64,000 nucleotides of DNA from an uncultured Pseudomonadales bacterium. GTDB taxonomy: Bacteria > Patescibacteriota > Microgenomatia > UBA1400 > PJMF01. Both the position numbers and the translations under genes were made by a program. Positions 55,953-62,922 of this stretch are shown one piece after another; the first letter of the stretch is position 1; each line of letters begins with the position of its first letter. Below the pieces are notes generated by a model, which made no database searches, was not told where the DNA came from, and saw nothing but the letters and a program-made list of their open reading frames with translations. The stretch is from positions 197,015-261,014 of the forward strand of contig CAYOQI010000001.1 in the NCBI GenBank assembly GCA_964406075.1, read 5' to 3'.

Positions 55953-56210
55953 TTAAAACGTCAGGAGGAAAATTATTGTCCCTGCGAGTAGTGCTGCAAA
56001 AAGATACTCTTTTACAATGGCCGTGGTGAGGTGACTTGACTTGACGTGAGTTAAAATTCCCCAGAAAAAATACATGGCTGATAATGATCCCGCCACAATT
56101 CTCATTCCCGGTCTCGACGGCCACAAGGACAGAAATGCAATCACATGTCCAACCAGTAACACAATCAGAATGGCATATGCAAATTTATGTCGAGATATTT
56201 CATTAAACAT
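55953..56210 (-). CDS. small membrane protein (85 aa, 3 TM)
   Basis: Hydrophobicity pattern. Last gene of the co-directional fibre-locus string. Confidence 0.45.
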   Translation of the reverse strand: MFNEISRHKFAYAILIVLLVGHVIAFLSLWPSRPGMRIVAGSLSAMYFFWGILTHVKSSHLTTAIVKEYLFAALLAGTIIFLLTF

Positions 56211-56259
56211 GAGTTCCTTTTACTTAAGGCTTATTTCAACAAATTAGTTCACTACTTCA

Positions 56260-57342
56260 CTACGCTCCCACTACTCCACCTTTAAAGAAAATAATGAGAA
56301 ACAGGATCGTGATAAAAAGAGCAATGTGAGCAAAATTTTTCCCTACAAACCGAATCGTATTCAATTTTTCGATCACCATCGTATCGTAAATCAAGACGGC
56401 AATGACCAACAGCACGAGTGCCAAAAAGACCGCTTTTGAAAGGTGGAGAGGTGAAAAAAGTGGTGGACGTTCGATGTTTTGAATATACTCGACACTTTCT
56501 CTAAAAAGTTCTGGCGTGGCCAATACTTCAGGCTGTGCTTCCTCACTATTTTCTGTCATCACGGGCGGTTCCTGATCTTGACCGACAACTTCGTCGACTT
56601 GATTGATCACATCTTCTACTGCTTGCTCAGGATTTACCATTTCCCCAGTGACTTCATCAATAGCAGCTAAGGCTTGGGAATTTGCAACTGGAGCAGTCGT
56701 AGCTACAGGTTGAGGTGTTTTTTGCGGAGTGATCGCTCCCGTTCTACGAGTCGCGGCTGTACTTCCAAACATTTGAACTACCAACGTAGTCTCTGTTCCA
56801 TTGAGCACTCCATCGACCACCGCAATTCCAATTTCTTTATATCGAGTGTTCACAATATTTTCTTTATGGGTTGGCGAATTCATCCATGCTCTCATCATGT
56901 CTTCCGATTCCATAAAATCACGCGCCAGGTTTTCACCTGCAATAGTGTAACGATAGCCTGCCGTCTTCATGAACTGCCAAGGCGTTTTCCCTTTCGGCGA
57001 ATAGTGTGCCCAGTATTGATCAGCAAACATATCTCTGGCTTTGGCCAGTGCGGCATCACTCAGTTGTTTGTTGACGACTAATTCTCCCGTTCCAGCTTTG
57101 ACCCGTTCTTTATTGGTCAGCTCTACCACTTGAGTAGGAGTAATCGATGAAGAGTAGCCTAAAATTGTTCCTTGTTCAGACGACACACCACGAAGAATTC
57201 CGACTCCAGATCGAAAAATAACGACCAACAATAACAGAACTAGAAAACCTTCTGGATGCAAAATCCTCGGCCGATGATTATTCGAATGCCGAGGATGGAA
57301 AAGATGGGCAAATGTTTCAAAAACTTGCATGAATATATCCAT
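56260..57342 (-). CDS. CAP/SCP (YkwD-like) domain protein flanked by N- and C-terminal TM segments
   Basis: LTNKERVKAG...ARDMFADQYWAHYSP...AGENLA...AWMNSPTHKENI matches YkwD-type CAP domains. Start placed at MDIFMQ, because the track start at 57393 uses the CAT of an R1 repeat. Confidence 0.8.
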   Translation of the reverse strand: MDIFMQVFETFAHLFHPRHSNNHRPRILHPEGFLVLLLLVVIFRSGVGILRGVSSEQGTILGYSSSITPTQVVELTNKERVKAGTGELVVNKQLSDAALAKARDMFADQYWAHYSPKGKTPWQFMKTAGYRYTIAGENLARDFMESEDMMRAWMNSPTHKENIVNTRYKEIGIAVVDGVLNGTETTLVVQMFGSTAATRRTGAITPQKTPQPVATTAPVANSQALAAIDEVTGEMVNPEQAVEDVINQVDEVVGQDQEPPVMTENSEEAQPEVLATPELFRESVEYIQNIERPPLFSPLHLSKAVFLALVLLVIAVLIYDTMVIEKLNTIRFVGKNFAHIALFITILFLIIFFKGGVVGA

Positions 57343-57387
57343 TATGCTGAATTTTTTATCTGAAAACAAGGTATTTTTACAGTGTAA

Positions 57388-57420
57388 TGTCATCCCGACC
57401 GAAGTGGAGGGATCCCTGTC
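57388..57420 (+). repeat. R1-family hairpin repeat, short form
   Basis: TGTCATCCCGACCGAAGTGGAGGGATCCCTGTC. Confidence 0.65.
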
Positions 57421-57476
57421 ACGAGGTACACACAGACATTAGAAAACATTGAAGCAAAATAATCTGAAGATTTTAT

Positions 57477-58820
57477 TTAATTAATGCGAAATCTACGAAC
57501 TAACCCACGCCCCAACCAGCTCCCAATTCCTACTCCTCCAGCCAATAACCAATACCACTGACATAACCAGTGTAACCATGAGCCTGGTTCACAATCACAG
57601 CTACTTAACGTATAGAAAAAGTAAATGGAAGTCAGAATGAAAATAAAATCGGCACCAAGATGGAATGAATGTATTTTTTTTCGGAGTAATACATGATTTG
57701 CACCGTGACCAATTGCTTGTAGTAATAAAATAATGAGCGCCAGCCACATTCCATCCTGAGCACACTCCATCACTTCAGTCGCACTTGTTCCTAAAATAAA
57801 CGGAATAACTCCTGACAGAAATGGTTCTGGAGTGGGTGAGGGTTCGATTACATCTCCTAGTACTTCCCCATCGCTAAATCCAAGTGGAGCAGTAAAGGCA
57901 CCTGCAATAGCCGGTTGTCCTGTGGTCGCAACTTCATTCGATCGAGGTCCCGGTGCACATCCATTTATACCGAGTACTTGAAAGTAGTATTGAGTATTTG
58001 GAGTTAAGCCTGAAACTGTATAACTGGTCACATTGCCAACACTATTATTTCCAAATAAATAAACACCTGGTTGGACGCCAAAATTAATAGCATATGTCGT
58101 GACTGGTGAAACTGCTGACCATGCCAACGTCACTTGTCCATTCGCATTCACAATTCCCGGCACAAAAAGTTGAGGGGCAGAACTGGGTAGTTGATCGGTA
58201 CACGGTAGAGCAAAAGCATCCGTTGTCGTTCCGGCTACTGAGTTGAATGAGGTCGATGAAGTGGTTGAAATAGGCGTAGGTGTTGGAGGAGTCGGAAATG
58301 GTGTTAATTGAACTGCTACTTCAACATCAAATACGGTCTGTTTACCTTGAAATTGATTTCCCGAACTTGGATCAAATGTCGCAATGAACGCATATGTTTG
58401 AGTTTGTTGAGCAAGCAGGGGAGAGTAGGAGAGTAAGCTGGAAGAATTTAGTAAACTTTCCAAACTCTGAGAACTCATCACCACTTCCCCACTTTCTGTG
58501 TCTTTTCGAATTTCTATAAAAATTGCTGATGCCAAAGATTGATCGGTGACACCACTTGAACCCATCGCTTGCCAAGCCGGATACAAGGTCTCATTGGTCA
58601 TATTCGTAATAGCGAGGTGTTGAACAAATCTATCACCAGGTAATGTGTTCGTTTCTGAGAAAAGTTGGGCATTTGATGGAGTGATCACACAATCATCAAT
58701 TTCATTTGAACCAAAACAGATGACAGACAAATCTTGGCTTTGTGAGGATGCAAAAATCGGCTTGGTGAATCCAATGTAAAAAATAAAAAGGAAAATGAAG
58801 AAGGAAAAAAATTTAGGCAT
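57477..58820 (-). CDS. secreted TasA-like domain + Pro/Thr linker + fibronectin type III domain + Cys-rich 3-TM C-terminal anchor
   Basis: Signal peptide ...KPIFASS. LPGDRFVQHLAITN and GNQFQGKQTVFDVEVAVQ match the TasA/camelysin hallmarks PGD and QG...F.F.A.Q. FN3 signature VTLAWSAV...YTVSGLTPNTQYYFQV. The hydrophobic C-terminus contains CDCEPG/WLC. Confidence 0.65.
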   Translation of the reverse strand: MPKFFSFFIFLFIFYIGFTKPIFASSQSQDLSVICFGSNEIDDCVITPSNAQLFSETNTLPGDRFVQHLAITNMTNETLYPAWQAMGSSGVTDQSLASAIFIEIRKDTESGEVVMSSQSLESLLNSSSLLSYSPLLAQQTQTYAFIATFDPSSGNQFQGKQTVFDVEVAVQLTPFPTPPTPTPISTTSSTSFNSVAGTTTDAFALPCTDQLPSSAPQLFVPGIVNANGQVTLAWSAVSPVTTYAINFGVQPGVYLFGNNSVGNVTSYTVSGLTPNTQYYFQVLGINGCAPGPRSNEVATTGQPAIAGAFTAPLGFSDGEVLGDVIEPSPTPEPFLSGVIPFILGTSATEVMECAQDGMWLALIILLLQAIGHGANHVLLRKKIHSFHLGADFIFILTSIYFFYTLSSCDCEPGSWLHWLCQWYWLLAGGVGIGSWLGRGLVRRFRIN

Positions 58821-58826
58821 GGATCA

Positions 58827-58878
58827 TCTCTCCTTTGGGAGAGAACTCAAGCCCGATAGGGCCTGAGAGTGAGGGGCG
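58827..58878 (-). repeat. R2-family structured repeat (SD-sequestering hairpin)
   Basis: Minus strand reads CGCCCCTCACTCTCAG-GCCC-tatc-GGGC-TTGAGT-TCTCTCC-CAA-AGGAGAGA-TGATCC-ATG(58820). Confidence 0.75.
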
Positions 58879-58890
58879 TTAATATTTTAT

Positions 58891-58911
58891 ATCTTGAATC
58901 TTAGATCTCAG
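58891..58911 (-). repeat. Heptad array; plus strand reads ATCTTGA ATCTTAG ATCTCAG
   Basis: Read directly. It overlaps the stop codon of 58908..59855. Confidence 0.6.
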
Positions 58912-59855
58912 TTTTGCCAATCAAGTGGAAACGTCAGAGTATCTGTAATTTCTTGATTGTTCAGTAATTCCAACGTGACGGTCAAGCCAGCGACTTCCAG
59001 GTGAGGATTGCAACTCTGTTCATCTTCGGTGCACGTCCCGACATAGACATCTGGCATTTCAAACTCACCAAACGCATCTCGTTCTATCTGATTGGTTACA
59101 ACTTCCTCCACTGTTTCTCCATCTTTGACATGAGTATAGGTAAAGGTTTGCTTGATCGAGGTAACCTCATCATTCATCAACACTTGAGAAAGTAAGAACT
59201 CTCCGAGCTGAGTAACTTTGACTCCTTTTTCATTCATCAATACTTTTTCGTATATTTCAGTTGCTCCAGCTTCTGTCTGTGCCCCTTCAAGAATTTGTGA
59301 ATAGGTTGCTGGTTTTTCACCGGTGATCATAGCGACATCTTGAAATCCACCTAAGACTTCACCTTGCCAAGCCTCAGCCATAATTTTCACTTCACATGCA
59401 TGTGTATTGTCAGGATAAATTAATTGGTACCACCACTGCGTTTCTTCTTCAGACAGTAAAGAAAATGCTTGTCCTTGCTCTTCAGCCAGAGAGAGTGCAG
59501 TCAGTTTTCCAGAAAAAAGTGGAGTATCATCCGAACTGTTTTTCCATACCTCGATGTTAATACCTTCACAATTCACATCAGGATCGGGAGTCACTTCCCC
59601 CACAATCCGATACACAAAAGGTCGAGATCCAATATTTTTCACCATAAAACTTGAACGTTCGTTTTGAGGGGAATCTGTTACTGCTAATCTTGAAAGGTTG
59701 GAAGTCAAAGAGGTAACTTCTATATCCAGTGAACCTGTTCCCCACTGACTCACTTCTCCAACTTCCCGATCATGTGAGTACGACAATGTAGTTGGGATGA
59801 GTATGCTCATGACCAACGCCAACATGCCAGTAATTCGAACAATATGTTTTTTCAT
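58908..59855 (-). CDS. secreted protein with a divergent TasA-like N-terminal domain and an extra C-terminal domain
   Basis: Signal helix, then SHDREVGEVSQWGTGSLDIEV (compare FSDTETSxxNxFxAGSIDL). The later CEVKIMAEAWQ resembles the F.F.A.Q end motif. Confidence 0.5.
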   Translation of the reverse strand: MKKHIVRITGMLALVMSILIPTTLSYSHDREVGEVSQWGTGSLDIEVTSLTSNLSRLAVTDSPQNERSSFMVKNIGSRPFVYRIVGEVTPDPDVNCEGINIEVWKNSSDDTPLFSGKLTALSLAEEQGQAFSLLSEEETQWWYQLIYPDNTHACEVKIMAEAWQGEVLGGFQDVAMITGEKPATYSQILEGAQTEAGATEIYEKVLMNEKGVKVTQLGEFLLSQVLMNDEVTSIKQTFTYTHVKDGETVEEVVTNQIERDAFGEFEMPDVYVGTCTEDEQSCNPHLEVAGLTVTLELLNNQEITDTLTFPLDWQN

Positions 59856-59863
59856 TTCTTATC

Positions 59864-59914
59864 TGTCATCCTGAACATTCTTGAGTAATTTCAAGAAGTG
59901 AAGGATCCCGTCGG
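59864..59914 (+). repeat. R1-family hairpin repeat, solo copy
   Basis: TGTCATCCTGAACATTCTTGA-gtaatt-TCAAGAAGTGAAGGATCCCGTCGG. Confidence 0.75.
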
Positions 59915-59950
59915 GAACTGAAATACTTTGAAAACTCGGCTAAATTATCA

Positions 59951-59999
59951 ATCTACTAAATACCAACTACTAATTACTAATTACTAATTACTACTTTCT
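59951..59999 (-). repeat. Heptad array with three perfect tandem AATTACT units
   Basis: ATCTACT AAATACC AACTACT AATTACT AATTACT AATTACT ACTTTCT. It overlaps the last codons and TAG stop of the signal peptidase gene. Confidence 0.8.
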
Positions 60000-60843
60000 T
60001 TTCTCCACCATCAATATGAAGAACGTGATTCATTTTTTGTTTCGCAAGTGTCTTCATGCTCAAAACAGGTGCCGGATTCAGTCGATGCGATTCGAGAGGT
60101 ATGAACGTAATCGGTTTTCTCGGTCGTCGAATTGAAACATCAGTTTCCGCAATGCTCCCAGCTTTTTTTGCTTCAACATGTTTTTTAACAACATGATGAA
60201 CGGCTACAGGCGTTTTAATTTTCGGTGTTTCGCCTACCTGTTTTCGACCTTGGGTGATGATCACCATTTGTTTGCCTTCAGCTTTCCATCCACTTTTGGG
60301 TTCCCGTTTTATCATTTTCACTACTTCACCTTTTATGGCGATCAATTCTGAATACAGCAAAATTGTTGCAGGCACCACGATCATGATGATGAATCCCATT
60401 TGTGTTTGAGCAAACGAAATAATGCGTCCGACATACGGAAGGTGAACAAACACTTTCCCCACCACTCTATTGGCTGGGATGACTTCCCGATCTATTTCTT
60501 CATTAGCATCACCTTTGAGCGTGTATTGAGGAGCACTTCCTTCTGTTTTTGAAACGATTCGATGCGTGACTGTTTCTGTCGGATCTTTCGCTCCTTGTAC
60601 CGTGATCACATCATTCACGGCATATGTTGACTGTGGCATCACAATCACCAAGCTTCCCATTGAGATGGCCGGCTCCATTGAGCCTGACAGCACCGCAAAA
60701 AGTTTTAGTTTAAAAGGGGTATTAATTGTTGAAAGAACAATCACTGCAGCCACCAAAACCATCAGCAAAATAAAGAGATTGTAGGAAATTCCTACAGCTC
60801 CTTTCACTACATTCGCCGGTGTCACTTTTCTGCCTGTTTTCAT
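59977..60843 (-). CDS. sipW: signal peptidase I, ER/archaeal (SipW) type, with a basic C-terminal tail of about 118 aa
   Basis: N-terminal TM segment, LSGSMEPAI (catalytic Ser box), THRIV (His box), KGDAN and a second TM segment. The tail covers residues 171-288. Confidence 0.85.
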   Translation of the reverse strand: MKTGRKVTPANVVKGAVGISYNLFILLMVLVAAVIVLSTINTPFKLKLFAVLSGSMEPAISMGSLVIVMPQSTYAVNDVITVQGAKDPTETVTHRIVSKTEGSAPQYTLKGDANEEIDREVIPANRVVGKVFVHLPYVGRIISFAQTQMGFIIMIVVPATILLYSELIAIKGEVVKMIKREPKSGWKAEGKQMVIITQGRKQVGETPKIKTPVAVHHVVKKHVEAKKAGSIAETDVSIRRPRKPITFIPLESHRLNPAPVLSMKTLAKQKMNHVLHIDGGEKKVVISN

Positions 60844-60850
60844 CCTATAT

Positions 60851-60913
60851 TCTTAAAATCTCGCTTCCTGTTTCTTTAATCTCTCATCTTAATTTTAACT
60901 GACCGTTACTAAC
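60851..60913 (-). repeat. Heptad array of about 9 units; plus strand reads TCTTAAA ATCTCGC TTCCTGT TTCTTTA ATCTCTC ATCTTAA TTTTAAC TGACCGT TACTAAC
   Basis: Read directly. It fills the intergenic region between paralogue P1 and sipW. Confidence 0.6.
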
Positions 60914-61784
60914 TCCCCGTTAAATCAGGATTACACACAAAGTCAGGGTTGTTTCTAGATTGTTCCGCATAGAAAGACACGTTTCCTTCCATACTATCTG
61001 TCTGTGACACATTCGTCACCAATATTCCTTCACACTCTAAGCCAGTCGTATTTCGGATCATCGGCCCTTCTGTTGTGAGATTATCTTGAGTTACTACTGG
61101 ATCAAGTGGCGCAAGTTCACCATAACACCATGCTTGTCCGATAAAGTACTCTTCCTCACCGGTCACTGGACCGGTAAAGTCATCCCCTGGTCCCGCCGTG
61201 CTTGCTTTCCAAATATTCAATGTTGTATCTGCGAGTGGGAAACGAATCCCGCCATTGTCATCACCTTGCAAAAATTCGGAAGCTTTTCCTGCAATCAAGA
61301 AACCGTCAGCTTCATTTTCTTCCAAAACGTTATCTCCATCATCTGCCCAGAACATATAGCTCAACTCGTCATCAAGTTCGCCATCCCAATTGCCATTGGC
61401 AAGATCATCACCGTCGTTCGTTTCAGGAGTGGTTGCGACATTTTCCGCAGCACCCGTGAGCTCGATATCCATACACAAGTATGAATCGTTGTCATCCACT
61501 CGTAAACTAATAGTATCCTCGGTCATGTCTCCGGGTTTGAAATCTTCAAGGTTAAAAAAAAGTTCATCTTCTAAATCCGTCAGGGACCAAGTACTTGCCG
61601 AAATCGAAGACACCAGTCCATCTCGGATCAGATAACTCGCATTACCAACTTTTAGATCAATTGATCCTGCCACAAATGTATTATTGGAAGAAGTCTCTGT
61701 ATCAGAGAAAAACGCTTGTGTGCCAAAGATGAGGGCACTGATCGCACCGACAATCAACACTCCACTTAAAAGTATTCTTCGCAT
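60909..61784 (-). CDS. TasA/camelysin-like secreted protein with a SipW-cognate-type signal (paralogue P1)
   Basis: MRRILLSGVLIVGAISALIFGTQAFFSDTETSSNNTFVAGSIDL, FKPGDMTEDTISLRV and SQTDSMEGNVSFYAEQSRNNPDFVC. Four Cys are conserved with P2 and P3. Confidence 0.8.
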   Translation of the reverse strand: MRRILLSGVLIVGAISALIFGTQAFFSDTETSSNNTFVAGSIDLKVGNASYLIRDGLVSSISASTWSLTDLEDELFFNLEDFKPGDMTEDTISLRVDDNDSYLCMDIELTGAAENVATTPETNDGDDLANGNWDGELDDELSYMFWADDGDNVLEENEADGFLIAGKASEFLQGDDNGGIRFPLADTTLNIWKASTAGPGDDFTGPVTGEEEYFIGQAWCYGELAPLDPVVTQDNLTTEGPMIRNTTGLECEGILVTNVSQTDSMEGNVSFYAEQSRNNPDFVCNPDLTGS

Positions 61785-61905
61785 AAAAAATTCCTTTCAC
61801 CGTAAAATGTAATCTAAAACAACATCTCTAAATAAAGAAAAAAATCGCCTACTCCACTTCGTTTTATATCCTAATTTCGCAAGAAGTCAAATTGCGACCT
61901 AATTT

Positions 61906-61968
61906 TGTCATCCTCGACCTGAATCAATTTAAATTTATTAAAATTGAATTCAAGATCGGGGATCCAGG
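61906..61968 (+). repeat. R1-family hairpin repeat, long solo copy
   Basis: TGTCATCCTCGAC-CTGAATCAATTTAAAT...ATTAAAATTGAATTCAAG-ATCGGGGATCCAGG. Confidence 0.75.
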
Positions 61969-61981
61969 TCAACAGTAAATT

Positions 61982-62009
61982 ATTCTTAAGTCTTAAATCT
62001 TACTTATGC
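61982..62009 (-). repeat. Heptad array; plus strand reads TTCTTAA GTCTTAA ATCTTAC TTATGCT
   Basis: Read directly, just downstream of the P2 stop. Confidence 0.6.
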
Positions 62010-62022
62010 TGAATTACTATAA

Positions 62023-62820
62023 TTAGGGTGCTACCTCAAATAACTCATCATTGCAGACAAATTGATTATTATTTCGATTTTGCTCAGCATAAAAAGTTAA
62101 ATCGCCGACTAATCGATCCGTTTGACTCAAATTACTTACCGGTGTTCCATCACATCCGTAACCTGGACCATTGATATCATTGTTGACTGAGAACTCTCCG
62201 TAGCAGAATGCTTTTCCGATTTTATAGACTTGTCCAGCATCGAGATCATCACCGGTACTATTTGTGAAAATGTTTTGCGTTGTATCTGCCAAAGCATACG
62301 TCGCTCCATCTAAAATATCACTGGCTGTGCCGGCTAAAAATGGTACTTCATCAGGATCTTGTTTATTGTTGTTGTGTAATTCCACCCAGAATCGAAATTG
62401 CAGATTTTCTGCTAAATCTCCATCGGGTGTGCCATCGGCATTATCAAGAAGGCTATCCATCATGTCTTCTGGCTCAGTAAAAGTGCTGTCAGAATTTTCG
62501 GTAAATTTTACATTCGCACATGCCCAAGCTGGATTGGTATCGACTTTGATACTAATGGTGTCATTTCCCCAGTCACCCGGTTTGAGATCAGTAAAATTGA
62601 AGAACTTCTCTACTCCAGTCAAGTCTTTGAGTTCCCAACTCGTTGCGACTGAAGGATTTCCAAGATAGACGCTTTCATTTCCGATTTGTAAATCAATTGC
62701 ACCAGTTTCAAATACATTCTCTTCGGAAGTTTCTGTATCAGAGAAAAACGATCTTGTTTGACTGACCAGTGCTCCTCCGATGATTGTGATAAGAAGCAAG
62801 CTGGTAAGTATTTTTTTCAT
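62023..62820 (-). CDS. TasA/camelysin-like secreted protein with a SipW-cognate-type signal (paralogue P2)
   Basis: MKKILTSLLLITIIGGALVSQTRSFFSDTETSEENVFETGAIDL, LKPGDWGNDTISIKV and SQTDRLVGDLTFYAEQNRNNNQFVC. Confidence 0.8.
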   Translation of the reverse strand: MKKILTSLLLITIIGGALVSQTRSFFSDTETSEENVFETGAIDLQIGNESVYLGNPSVATSWELKDLTGVEKFFNFTDLKPGDWGNDTISIKVDTNPAWACANVKFTENSDSTFTEPEDMMDSLLDNADGTPDGDLAENLQFRFWVELHNNNKQDPDEVPFLAGTASDILDGATYALADTTQNIFTNSTGDDLDAGQVYKIGKAFCYGEFSVNNDINGPGYGCDGTPVSNLSQTDRLVGDLTFYAEQNRNNNQFVCNDELFEVAP

Positions 62821-62880
62821 AGTACGTTGGGTGACGTAAATTTTATAAATTTGTAATGTGAAGTGTCTCGACTTGTGACT

Positions 62881-62901
62881 GCGGGCGCCCTTGGCGCCCG
62901 C
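62881..62901. other. GC-rich stem-loop between fibre paralogues P3 and P2
   Basis: GCGGGCGCC-ctt-GGCGCCCGC (9-10 bp). A T-run follows only on the plus strand (AATCTTTTT), whereas both neighbouring genes are on the minus strand. Confidence 0.6.
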
Positions 62902-62922
62902 AATCTTTTTCCAAATTTCTAC

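Noticed and set aside
57343-57393. Track start codon of the CAP-domain gene at 57393, and likewise 54110 for the Rmd-like gene
   Set aside because: The 57393 ATG is the CAT of a TGTCATCC R1 repeat. The 54039-54110 extension is a translation of an R2 repeat. The conserved protein sequence begins at the internal ATGs (57342 and 54038).
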